From positions 23,500,001 to 23,563,822 of the forward strand of contig CM052832.1 of assembly GCA_028534125.1 (NCBI GenBank): 63,822 bases of DNA, written 5' to 3'. The notes beneath the pieces are model-generated. The model did no database searches, had not been told where the DNA came from, and saw only the letters and a program-made list of their open reading frames with translations. Below, piece by piece: positions 35,703 through 48,715 of this stretch (position 1 is the stretch's first letter; every line of letters begins with the position of its first letter). The position numbers and the translations under genes were made by a program. The stretch is from Lama glama (Eukaryota).

Positions 35703-36250
35703 GATTGTTTGAGGTGAAATGTATGTAACATTAAATTTACCATGTTAGCTATTTTCAGCGTGCAATTCAGTGGTGTCAGTCCATTCACAGCGTTGTGCGG
35801 CCATCACCATTTTCAGAACTTCTTCATCGTCCCAAATAGAAACTTCGTACCCATTAAACATAAATTCCCATTACTCCCTCTCCCAGGCCCCAGGGACCCC
35901 TATTCTGCTTTCTGTCTGTATGAACTTGAGCACTCTTAAGTCCCTCATGTAAGTGCAGTCTGTCAGTATTTGTCTTTTTGGTTTTTGGTTTATTTCTCTT
36001 AGCATGATGTCTTTAAGTTTCATCCATGGTCTAGCATGTATCAGAATTTCCTCTTTAAGGCTGAATAATACTCCATTGTGTGTATCCACCTCATTTTGTC
36101 TATGCATTCATCTGTTGATGGACATTTGGGTTGCTTCCATGTTTTGGCTATTGCCGATAATGCTGATGTGCATGTAGATATACAAAGGTCTGTTGGGTCC
36201 TTGGTTTGGTTCTTTTGGGTGCGTACCCTGAAGTGGAATTGCTGGGTTCT
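35703..36250 (-). mobile_element. L1MB-like 3' end
   Basis: 'ttcatcgtcccaaatagaaacttcgtacccattaaac', 'ctgttgatggacatttgggttgcttcca', 'aagtggaattgctggg'. Confidence 0.88.
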
Positions 36251-37204
36251 GATTACATTTTAAGGTACCACTTTCAGCTCTCACTACAAGGTGTTCATCT
36301 GAATATAGCCTCGCTTACTTAAGCATTCTCCAGTTACTGCACACTTAAAAGTGATTTTTACATCCATGAATGTCTCCTTATTGGTCCTCTGCTTTGTCAG
36401 TGAGTGTGGCATAGGGGATGACTTCTAGTCAAGAAGCAGCTAGCTAAACTTTGTTTTGAATACCGGAAAAACTATCTAAATGTGTTCTAAGAAATACACG
36501 AGGAAATACATAAATTTAGGAGCTTGTGGAACTTTATAAGAACTGAATTTCTTGGCAGCCTTATATTGTAACAGAAGGTAAACAGTGTTTTTCTTTTCAC
36601 AATTAATAGGTACTTGGGCACAATGACCACTTCCATTACATGTCTTATTCTGACATCTTCATTATAAGGTGAGCCGTTTATACGAGGGTTCATAAATACA
36701 GCTGGCTCTTCCCATGCCAGGGGCGCAGCAGGTTCTCATAGGGGTTGGGTGAGGGGCAGGGTAGAAATAACTGACATCTTTAGTAAATGTCACTGTGTGT
36801 ACTGCCAAACAGATGTCCTTCTGATCTACTGGCCACGTCTTCTTCTTTCTATTTGTAGGTAATTTCCAGGGGCAGACTGACATCTAAATGTCTCTTTATT
36901 AAGTGTCCCTTAGCCCTTCTAAGAGATAACACTGTTTACCTTTGTCATTATTCTCATGGTCACCCTCCGAGAATGGCTGCAGTTAATCGAACCTGTTTCT
37001 TAATTAAGCGTCGAGATGATGAACTTTGCTTGAATGCAGTGGGAACAGATGCAGACACTGTCGATGACCCGCCCCTGCTCACAGGGATGTGTTTTTTATG
37101 CGCTCTCTTGAGTTCAGTGCACGGGGAATCTTTCGCTCTCTGTTGTGAAACGCCCACTAGACTCTTTCGAAAGTGATGGAGAAGCCATCCACACAAGGTA
37201 GAAT

Positions 37205-37620
37205 ACCTCATCCAGCTACATAGCTTTACGCATCATCTTTACTCCAACCTCTTGTGTATCTACACCGCCTGCTTGCCTTCCCCACTTACTTGTCTAATTG
37301 GCATCTCGAAGTTAGTGTGTTTGAAACTTCCAATTTCCCCACCAAACTCACTCTTCTCACAGTCTTCCCATTTTAGTAAAAGGCGGTTCCAGTCTTCCTC
37401 TTGTACAGGTGTAAAATGTTGGCTTTCTCACCGATCCTTCTCTTACTCACACACCCCACATCAGTCACAGCAAGTCCCTCTGTGCTGTCTTCAGAGCATG
37501 TCCTGAACAAGACGTTTGAACGTCTTCATCCCCGAGCATGCACTTGCCCCTCAGTGTTGTTGCTCTTGTCAGTCCCTCCACCTTAACTGGTCTCCTCCCA
37601 GATGTCTGATGGATGGATTT
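37205..37620 (+). mobile_element. L2 remnant
   Basis: 'gtctaattggcatctcgaagtt', 'cagtcttcccattttagtaaa', 'cccacatcagtcacagcaagtcc'. Confidence 0.55.
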
Positions 37621-39329
37621 GAAATATTTATTGATTTTTTTTCCCTTTGGGAAAGCACGTTTAGAGGGAGGGGATGAATTTAATTTGACTTGAATACGAA
37701 GTTCATGTATAAATATAATACATTTTTTAAAGAGCATATCCAAATCTATTTCCTGTCTTCTTAGATATTGTACGTCATAGGGGTGGGGGAGATGAGTTAA
37801 TCCAGGTTTTATAGGCATTTTTGCTGTCACTTCTGAGCCAGCTAAGTGTTCATTTCACACCCACCTACAACCAGAAGTACATGAAAAAAATTGTGGAGTA
37901 TAATAATTATTATGCTGAGTATATTTCCATCTACATATGGGAGATTTCGCTGCCTAATAGTCTTCTTTTAAATTTCTTTTTTCTCCATCTTGATCTTTCT
38001 GATCCACGTCTTCTCAGATCTTAGTGCTGTCCTTCCTATAACCCTTTGTCCTTGTTCTGTTGTGTTTGTTAAGGGAGACAGAATTTTTTTTTTCCTTTGG
38101 GCAAAACCTAAATGCGAGCTTTATTTAAGAGAGGCTGTCCTCAGTAGAAATGTGTTTATTGCTTATAGACTTTTCATTTTACCTGCCAAGTCCTATTACT
38201 CGAGTAACTAAAAAAAAATCTGCAGTGTTCATTTATAAAAGTACTTTTATCAATTAATCCAAGGAGAAACTTAAACTTTTAAATCTGACAAAAGGAGAAC
38301 TAGGCACACTAACACACTGAACTGGGCCCATAGCATAACCTATTTCAAGTCCAAGACTAGAAGTTGTGCAGAAAATCCCCAAAATGTCTATTGTAAGCCC
38401 CTCTAATGAGTATTGTAATTAATGGCTAGAAAATATTCCAAATGAAATACGAGTCCTGCTGGAACCTACAGATGTGACTTTTCTAAGCATAGTAATAAAT
38501 GGTATCTCAAACATTATGTAATTAGAAATGTAATTTCTGCTCATGATGGTTTCTTTCAGTTTTAACAGATGTTTATTCAGTGCTCCTGAGATTTTTAAAA
38601 AAGTTTTAAATGGAATTAATTTTAACATTCTAGAATCTTATTTCAAAGTAAAGGATTTTTGAGCACAGCCATCTATTAGACACTGAGGTCGGTGCAGAAG
38701 GTACTACAGGATTGAGACATGGCTGACCTGAACGAGCTTGCTGTGTAAATACCGGTTATTACCCTCCTGAGGCTGCTAAGCTAGATGAATCTTAGGGGAA
38801 GGTTTCTGAGAGTGTTGCCCTCACTGCCATCTGAGATCAGAAACGAAGACTGCTAGCACATTCCCAGCTGAGATGTTGGTGAAAGGTGACTGGAGAATTG
38901 GGGACGTTGGGAAGGGTTTAATGAGCTTTTAGGTGAACCTTCAGGTGCAGCTGGTGGAGGGTTTGGTCTGCTGCCTTCTTGCTGTCTCTTGTCGTTTGTC
39001 AGAGTGGTTCACTTGGAAATTTGTGTACATGAATGCAGTAATTATGTAAGGAGGATCACTCCTAATCACCACGTATTGTCTTTACACAAACATGAAAAAA
39101 TCTAGACTGCCAACTACCAAAAAACCCCAGGGACTCATGCCTGGCAGCCTCCAAATCTCTGGAACAGGGAAGATGTCGTGGAATTTCCTGTTTTAATTGC
39201 AAAGACTGATTGAATTCCAGGGGCATTCTTGACCTTGCCTTGGTTGATGAGCCCCCAGTAGAAGTCTCCTGACTCACCTACTCCATTTTTTTTAATTTGT
39301 TTTTTTTCCAGACTTAAGGAGAATCACTG

Positions 39330-39850
39330 GTTATTTTTCAAATTTTGAAATATACCGCATATTTAAAGTGTATAAGATATACATAAACACTAATAATACA
39401 AATGAACACCCAATATTTTCCATTCAGCTGAAGAAACAGATTACCTGCGCTTAAGAAAAAAAGAGCAGACAGAAAGGAGTATTGCTTTCTATTAAAATAA
39501 CCTCACATTCCTGATTTTTGTGTTCATTATTATTTAGCTTTTCTCTTCCTTCCTTCCTTCCTTCCTTCCTTTCTTTCTTTTTTCTGTCTTTTTCTTTCCT
39601 TCTTCCTTCCTTTCCTTTTTTCCTTTCTTTCTTCAGTTTTGCATTTAGCTATGTATCCCCAAACAATATTTTATTTAGTTTTGCCCTTCTTATGGAACTT
39701 CATAGACGTGGAATCATACTGAATATATTATCTGGGACTTCTTTCTTTCAGCATTTATGTTTTTGAGATTTATCCACATTGATGTGTGGTAACTGTGGTT
39801 CGTGTGTGCTGTAAAGGATTGCGTTATATCAGTTGCCACCATTTATTTGT
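39330..39850 (-). mobile_element. L1ME-like remnant containing a CT-rich simple repeat (39541-39633)
   Basis: 'tggaatcatactgaatatatt...ttttgagatttatccacattgat'; (TTCC)n/(TTTC)n tract. Confidence 0.6.
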
Positions 39851-40669
39851 TTATTTTCCATTCTCTGGGTTTGTTTCTTTGCTGTTTCTTTGGAAAACAG
39901 TCTGGAACCCACATTCAGCAAGTCAGCTTGCCGTGGGATTGACCCCTTTTTGGCCAAATTCCTTGAGTCTGTGCTGGGAAATTCCAAGTGGCTTGCTTTC
40001 ACTGGCGGGAGTACTGAATGTCCTTATTTCTGGGGACCTTCTAGAGAATGTACTTGCTGCCTTCTCTAGGAGTTGTTAGCTCTTGACCTGATTCTCCTAG
40101 ATCTGGAATCATAGCCAAGTTTCTGCACAATCTTGTGGGTGAGCCCTTCCCTGTGAGCACCACACTCCTTTTAAGGGCTGATCTCTCTCTCTTATTTTAT
40201 TTTTTTTTTAAAGCTCTAGATAGTTCAGGAGCCAGTTGGAAACCCAGATGTTTCAGCTAGGACCAGGCTAGTTTTCAGAGCACAGGAAGATACTGAGGCT
40301 TTTTCTTCTTCCTGCACTCGGCTTCCAAGGGCATTCTCCTCCCTTCCGCTCCCCTCCCCTCCCCACCTTGTTTCTCATCAGTAATTGGCAGATGTTCTGT
40401 TCCATTGTGCCTCTTACCCAGGGAGTCAATTAAGGGGCACTCCCATTGTTTAGTTTGAAATACCCCTGTGGAAATGACCAGAAACTCTGACAAAAAGCCC
40501 AGCTGGTTGCATTTATTTTCAAATTTAGAAAACTTTTCTGTAAAGATTGTTTAAGGGGTTACAGGTGTCATTGCAGGTCTCTGAGTGAGAGAGTAGGTTT
40601 TTCCTCTTTCATAAAGTAGAATGTATAAGTATGTTTTTCTATATTAGCTGGTTTTTGTTAGTTGAGATT

Positions 40670-40935
40670 TGTTCAGCTTTCCTTGAAATGTGTTCCCTTG
40701 CACTGATGTTAATGGCTGCCACACAGGGAAAAATAATTCTGCAGTAAAATAAATTTAAATCAGTTTCTTAGCTGCCAGACTTCTCAGAGGCTTTCATACT
40801 CTGTCGTGCTTTGTGAACATCTACGTGGGGACTAGGAGAGACAAGAGTTCAAAAACATGTTGGATTATTTCCGCCTCCCCTGCCTTAGTGTGTCTCACAG
40901 TAAAAATTCTCCTCTGAATACTCTTGGGAAAGACA
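40670..40935. mobile_element. hAT-Charlie remnant
   Basis: 'gacttctcagaggctttcatactctgtcgtgctttgtgaacatct' resembles Charlie internal sequence. Confidence 0.4.
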
Positions 40936-41107
40936 TCATTCTTATATTTTCTGTTGTTCACATTGGCTCCATTTACTAGATCTCAAGATTGCCGTGGAGA
41001 ATCTTCTAGCACCTTAAGATATGTCCGTTTATCTTGCGGGAGGATGTGACCTTTTAAAGGCAAACTTATTTTCAGTTCCCTTTATATTTAGAATATGCAG
41101 GCCAAAC

Positions 41108-41132
41108 GTGTGTGTGTGTGTGTGTGTGTGTG
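41108..41132. repeat. (GT)12 microsatellite
   Basis: Seen directly. Confidence 0.9.
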
Positions 41133-42681
41133 GGTATGAAGGAGAGTAGGGCAAAGGATGAGTTTTGTTAAACTGACGAAAAGAATAAGGTCTCAGCTTT
41201 TAAAGGATATTACTGCCCTTGGAATTATATTCTGCGAAAGTTGGAGAGTAACAAAAAGGGCCCAAACCAAAATTTTTCGTCAATGTCTCCAGGCAGAAAA
41301 AGATTTCGTGCATAAAAACACTAAAGGAAATGATTGATCTTCCCAATGATTGTAAAACAAAGTTTTTCTACCTTCTTCTACCCCTTCCCTCCCCTCCTCT
41401 CTCCCTCCCTCCTTTCTTCTTTGGGAATGAGGGGAAGTGAAAATGAAGATGCCAAGGACACTGATTTATCCTTTTTTTTTTTTTAAAGACATGTTTTATG
41501 ACGAGTACAAGGCCTACTGATTTGGACACAGTAGATAGATTTTATCTGCGGCCTTGTCAGGAATATGTTTTCTTCTGTTGGTTGCTGTTCTATGTTCTCT
41601 TGGCCTGGAACATAGAAAAGACATGGAGACTGAAATGAAAACATCTAATTACATCTTTTCAAAATACTAGACAAACACCAGAGAAGCTCAATTCTGAATA
41701 ACTGAAAATTAACTATGACCCTTATCTAAAACATTTCCTATTCTGATAAAATTTTTTTCAGCTCTACCTGCTGCTCAGATTTTCTCACTTGTAAGTATTT
41801 TAATGTGAGTAAATTTCCCAGGTAACTGGCACCTATTCCTTCTAAAACCAGACCATAACCACGTTGCCCTGTTTTCCCCTCTGTCTTAAGCAGAGGCCAG
41901 AGGTAACGGGATGTGATTATGCGCATCTGTTATTTTCCGTGTGGTGAGAGGAGCTTGAGTTGCTCTCAGCTTCCATCTCTTGTCACGGAGACCCGTCCTT
42001 CTCTCACCGCCCTTCATAGCCTCGCGTGTTGGCTGTCCTGTCTACTGGCTGCAGGAAAACTGGATAATGGAGCAGGTCAGACGGGAGTGAGTGCAGCAGC
42101 CCCAGAATGAATGCCGTGGGAGTGGAGGCGTGGCTGACGTCCTGGGGCTGTTGAACATCTGTTTCTGGTGCTCACGGGCTTTCTTCTGGATACAAGAGGG
42201 CTGAGGTCCCTGGGGAAAGAGGCGCCTGCTAGTTTCAGGACCGTGCAAAACCTAGGTGAGCCCTGTGGATGTGGATAACCTACTAGTTTGTCTCCCCAAA
42301 TGGAATGTGAATCCACCTTGATTCGGACATTAATAGAACTCATGAAATCCTCCAGTAGCCTTATCTCAGGAGCATCGGGTTTTCCTCATCTGCACAAGAC
42401 TGGCCACGCACTGATACTTGTGGAGGTTGGGTTTGTTGTGTTAATGTTCTAAGACAGGAGGTGGTGTGATGTTATGTGATGCTCTGTTATGCTAGTCCTT
42501 TTCCATTTGCATGTTTTTGAAATTTTCCCTTAAAAAGCATTTGTAAAAAGACAACGCTGCATATATAGTGTGATTGGTCTTCAGACAAACCTCAAAGTGT
42601 AGAGTTTTTCAGGGGAACATCGTCATTGTCTCAAATGGTGCTAGTAACATGGTGATGTGAGCCAAGTACTTCATATTTTCG

Positions 42682-43070
42682 CTCATTCACTTAACAGATA
42701 GTTATTAATTTGTTTTGTGCCTGACAGCGTTCTAGGCACTGGGACCATAACAGGGAACCAGATAGAAGAAAGCCCCTATTTCCGTGGGTCTTAAAACTGT
42801 TAGATCCAGGGGAGAAGGTGTGCAGATAAGTAAGCAAGTAAATACACGAGATGGTTTAAAATGGTGAAAGGTGCCAGGAGGAAAGTGAGCAGAGTAGTGA
42901 CGGGGCCGAGCGGATGAGGTGGTGCAGGAGGCAGTGGGGCTAATATGGAGAGTTGAAGGCTTCCCCCGAGGGGAGCCAGCCGTGTGGAGGGCAGCCCGGA
43001 CAGAGGGAGCCCGTGCCCTGGGATGGAATGCCTTCGTCTCTGAGAGATGCCGCTCACCTTCAGGGAGGCA
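42682..43070 (-). mobile_element. L2 (L2a-like) 3' region
   Basis: 'tcattcacttaacagatagttatt...gttctaggcactggg...agataagtaagcaagtaaata'. Confidence 0.7.
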
Positions 43071-43379
43071 GACCCTGGAAACCTGCCACCCAGCCAGTTC
43101 GTCTGACACACATGCCCAGTGACACCCAGATTTGGAAGTTAGCCTCCCTCCTCAATACCTGCTTCTCTAAGAGCTGTCGAGTAATCCAGTAAATAAACCT
43201 GTAAACACATCCTTATTAAGAGGACTTTTGAATTAGTGGTTAACCAAAATAAAACAGTCACTTTTCTGCAGTAGTAAAATAAATGCTCGCCATTATTTGT
43301 ATAAAAATAGGCTGCCTTTCCAGGATGACTGTCATAAAGGACCTTGTGGGACATCTGTGTTCTTTCAGTATGTAGTTCT

Positions 43380-43536
43380 GAGGTTGTTTCTTATGCATGT
43401 GTTTTTCCAGAATGTCATGTAGTTGAAACGATACAATATGCAGCCTTTTCAGATTGGCTTCTTTCCCTTAGTAATATGCACTTAAAGTTCCTCCATGTCT
43501 TTCTGTGGCTTGATAGTTCATTTCTTTTTAGTGCTG
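43380..43536 (-). mobile_element. L1MC1-like fragment
   Basis: 'ttccagaatgtcatgtagttgaa...cagccttttcagattggcttctttcccttagtaatatgcacttaaagttcctccatgtc'. Confidence 0.8.
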
Positions 43537-45206
43537 TGGTTGGATATAATTTAAAATCGATCCATGGATCCTGTCTTGAATGCTTTTAGATACATGTGGG
43601 CTTTGGAATCAAACTGTTCCCAGTTTGCTGTCCACAATGAAGGTTAAATTGTAATTTGCCTGCCTTTGTGATTTGACTCAGTGTGACTCTGAAACTTACT
43701 GGTTCTGCACAGATGTCTTACAGCGCATGTGGGTTGCTGAGTTAGGGATGCCTTGATCCCACAGCCCTCAAGGTGGTGGGTCCTGCAGGCTCTCAAAGTC
43801 CACAAGCATCTGGCATCAGCAACAGCGGCTGTTTCTATGGCAGATGGAAAGAAAGAGATTATAGGTAAAATAAATGGTGGAAAAGGGGAGAATTCCATCA
43901 CTGAACGTGGCAGAGTCAGGAATGGAACCCCAGCCATCTGGTTTCTGCATCTCTGCTCTTAGCCACCATGCTGGATCGGCTCTGATAAAAGGCTGTTATC
44001 TGTCTCTGCTATGCAGCTAATACCCCTGCTTTCGTGAAGCTTTGCATACAGCATGATGTCTGGTTCTGACTCCCTAATGTAGAAAATGTAAATGTTGTTT
44101 ATGCAGTGACAGGCATGCTGTCATACGTATATGCTACCCAGGTAGGAACTGTCTCGTAAGTAGAAAATTAAGCTTGGAAATAGGAGTAAAACCAGGTAGT
44201 TAAATGTATGTTCTTTCCAAATAATATATTAATTGGGGTCCAGTCTAGCAGTAGCAGATAGACTGAGAATTAGCCTGAGAATGGCCTCACAGAGGTGCTG
44301 AATTCTTGATTTTAAACCGAGAATTGGTGCTTAGTGCTGCATTTTTTTTTTGAAAGCTTCGCTGCATGATACTTTTGAAGATACAGCAAGAAAATTGCAC
44401 AAGAGCCATGTTTTCTCTGCTCAGTTTTGTTTTGGTTAATCTAGTGTGAGTTCTTGCCAGGCTCGCCCAATTGGGAATTGCAGCCATAGCAATGAGGGTC
44501 TGGAGCTCCATGAAGTGGCTGCGAAAACCCTCCACGGAGACAGCCCCGGGCTTCTCGGAGGCCTGCAGCCCACAGCTGTAGTTGGCTGTGTTTTCTTATT
44601 CAGGAGGAACAGATCAGGTATTTTCCTTGACAATATAGGGGGAAAAAAAAGGCAGGGAAGCTTTTATCAGTGGCTAGTAATTACATAAAATGATGCCGCA
44701 TAACTTGTGAAACTTTCCAATTGCTTTGTGGACCCATTTTAATTCTGGAAATGTATATAGACCGAAGGTACATGACTGTGTTGGATTAATAGTTACTGTG
44801 GATTATGTTCGTGTATTCGCCTCAAGTTTTGCATTTTATTGTAGCAATCTTTTTAAATTAAGAAGTTGATTACATAGAAATGAAAATTTCCTCCAAAACA
44901 TCTACTTGGCTTCTGGGCAGCAGTGTTTAAAAAAAAAAAAACTTTCAGAAGGATCATTTCTTTTTCCTTTTAAATTCCAGTCTATCAAGGATGGATAGTT
45001 TTATAAATATAGGAGGAGGGTGGCATTTTACCTCTAAAGGAAGGCTAGACTGGCCAGTACCGTGGAGGAAGTCCTTATCTCTTCTAAAACCAGTAACAAA
45101 CTGGCCTGCCACCATTTGTCACGTGGATTGCCAGCCACCAACCCTCAGACTGCACTGTGAGGAGCGAGGGGCTAGATATTTCCAGATTTCATCCAGATAG
45201 TAACTT

Positions 45207-45350
45207 ATAAAGGAAAAAAAATCTGTTTCTCTGCTGTACTTTCAATACTTTTGGCCACCAAATGTGCAGGGGTTTTCCCACACCAACAACTTCTCCAATT
45301 CTCTGCGGGTACTAGCTTGGATTTAGTTCAATCCACACACTGTCTGCCTG
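45207..45350 (-). mobile_element. MER21-like LTR 3' fragment
   Basis: 'ccaaatgtgcaggggttttcccacaccaac' shared with 56560-56590. Confidence 0.55.
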
Positions 45351-46499
45351 CCTTCTCCTAGTCTGTCATCCCCTTTCTGACTTTACTTCCTTCTCAACCC
45401 AACCTGTGTCCTTTTGGGTCTTCCCCTTGAATCATAGCAGCCTCTGTCCGACCACAGGGATTTGAGTTCTTGGAAAGCACCACAGTTAGGAAAATTCATA
45501 GGTTGCAAGATCAAAGTCTTCTAGGAAATAGAGGGTTGGGCGAAAACAATTGAAAAATGACATTAAACATATCTTAAGTTAAACCCAGTAGATTTTGGAA
45601 GACATATTCTTCCAAGTAAACCAGATACATTGGTGTTAAACATCTGCTCTGATCTGTAAATTTCCTTTATATGAATCCGCATCATCAGTGTTCAGAAGAT
45701 TTTGCTGTAGCTTCCTATAAGCTCTGTAATCTGCTGATTCTAAAACTTTTTTTAAGGTTTTCAAACCAGCCTTTGTCATGGAATTTAATGTTTTTGGCAT
45801 TTACATTCTTGTGGCTGATTTCAAAGGCTCTTCAAAATGTATATGTAACCCCATCTGCTTTTTATAACTCATAGAAGTGCTTGTTATATGTTTTAAATAT
45901 ATGAATATGTTACTTTGTCAGTACACAAGTGTATAAACTTACCTTCAAACTATGGTTAATAAATCATGGTTGAAGATGAACCTTTTTACCCATCTATCCA
46001 ACAAAATCCTAAACCCCGTGTCATCCTATGTCCCGCTGTCTCTTTCTGTGGACAGACTACTGAGCTCAGTGGCAGAACAGTCCCTCGATTCTCTGGTCCT
46101 CAAGTGAATCTGACTGTACTTCAAGATGTGGCCTGATATAGGTCCAGCGTATCTTTAAGTCCCATTCCCACGTTGTGTGTGTCTCCTCTCGTCTCATCAA
46201 ACTGAAACTGCGTTGTCGAACTTAGTTTACCTCTGAAGCTTTTGAGAGCTTGACCCTTGTTAACATCCCATTGAACTTCTCTGTATGAGATGCTGATGTA
46301 GAGAAGCCATTATTTTTAACTAAGACATTGGAAATAGTCTACATTTTCTGACAGTTGTTGAAGTCTTCACTGCTATTAAATGCAGTCTTTTCCCCCAGTG
46401 TTGGGATTATGGGATTGTGGTGGTGATGGAAGAAAATCCTCACATCTGTGTTTAGATTATATTTAACTCATGAGTTCTTAGCATGACTTCAGTTCTGTA

Positions 46500-46960
46500 T
46501 AAATATGTGGGACCGGGATCATGAAAGCACTATGTGGCATGGCCCCTTTTCCAAGGGTTTAGGGGTACATGAGATTAAAATACAGAGTTATCAAAAGCTG
46601 GAGGACTGTGTGTGTGCCAGTGAGTGTTAGGTGTTTTGTTGACCACAGGAGTCCTGGGGTACAGAGGAGGTGAAGGCCAAGTTGGTCTCAGACAATTGAT
46701 GAGGAACTGAGAGAGTGGAGCCTTGAGCTGGGTGTTGGGTAGTGGGAAAATTTGACTGGGCAGCGGGGGGGAGGCAGAGTAGGAGAAAGGTGTGGAAATC
46801 ACACAAGTTATGTGGGGAATGCACACCATGTGGGTGGCCTTGAAGAGATACATCGACTTGCTTGTCCTGGGACAGGAAGGAACCTTTGATGTTTTGCAAA
46901 GTAGAGCTATTGTCAGTATAGAACTGCCCGTCCTTATTTCTCCCCAAGCCTATGCCTGTG
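46500..46960 (-). mobile_element. L2 remnant
   Basis: Purine-rich antisense L2 motifs 'ccttgagctgggtgttgg...gggaaaatttgactgggcag'. Confidence 0.4.
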
Positions 46961-48059
46961 GGTCAGTTAGATGTGAAGGAATGTTCTTCGTAGTTCATTA
47001 GGTGTTTGCTTAGCCAGGAATATTGCCTCTTTGTGTCAGTGAGCCGCACGGGTATCAGCAGTAGGCTGGATGGACCTAAGAGTTAGACAGAACTCTTTGT
47101 TGACAGACTTCGTTGATATAATCAACAAAGGCTGTAATTTAAATATATATATATTTAACATTATGTTTCTGATAGATTTTTGTATTATTCATTCTTTTTC
47201 ATAGATACGTGTATGGAAACTTTTATCCGTACCTTGCATTAGTTTTTTTTTTTTTATCACATTAAAAAACATGATATCATATTATCACATTAGACCCCCC
47301 CCCCGCCGAAGGATAACATGCTGTATTTGGTCATAGTATCAGTATTACTCAGATTGGAAAATTTTCTCCTCACAGCTACCAAAGAATGATAAATAATCTC
47401 TGGGAATTGGGAAGGTAAACTGTGGTTCTGAAACAGGAGGAGTTAGTTGCTTATCACCTAATTCAAACCTCAAGAAAAAATGACCAGTTAATGAAGTACA
47501 GTAGTGATATATGAAATGGCGTACTTTTCCTTCTGTCATCAGGATCCTTGTTCTAAACTCAATGATGAGGAAATTTGGGGAGCGTCAGCTTCACTTAGTG
47601 GTTTGCCTTTTTACCATGCATCCCGGTCTCTTACTTATTCTTAAACCATCCTCAGAAACACAGAAGAAGGTAGCAGAATTACACTGGCATTCCCATAGTA
47701 TGTACTATGTTTCTAAGTGAAAGGGGTACACCTGTAAAGTACTTAAAATGCTGAAATAGGTTTGGTTTCCTGATAAGAATAAAGAAAACTGTATTGAAAT
47801 GTCAAGAAGGAAAGGATAGCTCTATTAGGAAAGGACAGCTAAAGAGGTCAGTATCCTACTGGCTACAAACCAGCACTTGTTCTTTGCTGCTGGGGGTGAT
47901 GATTGTACAGTTGTGAAGCACAGGAGAGCCCTAGAGAGACCCCTGGGATTCCTGTTCGCACGTTCCACCCCCATTCCATTAGCTTAGTCGGTTCATTGTA
48001 GCCTAAATGTGAAACATATATTTTATTAATTTGGCCCATGCTGTTTCACATGGTTGTCT

Positions 48060-48093
48060 AATTGTAAGCCAAGTCAATTGTAAGCCAAGTCAA
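48060..48093. repeat. Perfect 16-bp tandem duplication
   Basis: aattgtaagccaagtc x2. Confidence 0.9.
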
Positions 48094-48580
48094 CCCTGCT
48101 ATGTAAAGCAGTGATTTAAATGGCTTTTAAAAAATAAAGCAAGCAAATAAGAGAAGGCTTTGTCAGAAGCGCTGTTCATTATTGTTCTGCTGCTCAGAAC
48201 AGACGCCTTCTAGAGCAGTTGTCCCACTGCAGGAAGTTTCCTTGGTAGAAACCTCAAGCTTTATGAGCAGAGCAAAGATCCAAGGTTTTCTTAGAATTAA
48301 AAACACTCATGCATTTTTATGATGACATCTATAAATGTTTCTCTTGTTTTAAAGGATAGACACACACAATGTTGAGACTTGCTTAATAGCAGCCAGAGAT
48401 ACTAGTTTTTCAAGGTAGAGTTTCCCTCTAAAACCTGAAGGCAAACATCAGATTCCTGTTGTGCCTGTCTGGAGTCATGACATAAGGACTCATTTGCTTT
48501 TTAGCTAATTCATGGAATTTCAAGAAGATAATTTTTTAACCTTCATCATTATAAGAAATGTCATGATTTTCTTTCCTTAG

Positions 48581-48715
48581 ATTTAAGAGTTAGAGTTCAC
48601 TCTGCCCAGTTGTGGAATCCATGGAGTTTCTTTCCTTTCTACTGAGCACTGGGTTTTTATTTGGGGCCCTCAGAGTTCTGTGAGGCATGTTGGACGCAGC
48701 GGTGGAGAAAGGGCA
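48581..48715 (+). other. Candidate 135-nt mostly non-coding exon of a + strand host transcript
   Basis: Acceptor ttttctttcctTAG| and donor GCA|GTAAGC; stops in all frames before an ATG at 48687. Confidence 0.3.

Noticed and set aside
44604..44617. 14-nt microexon (ttattcag|GAGGAACAGATCAG|gtattt)
   Set aside because: Not frame-preserving and without independent support; folded into the wider candidate exon finding
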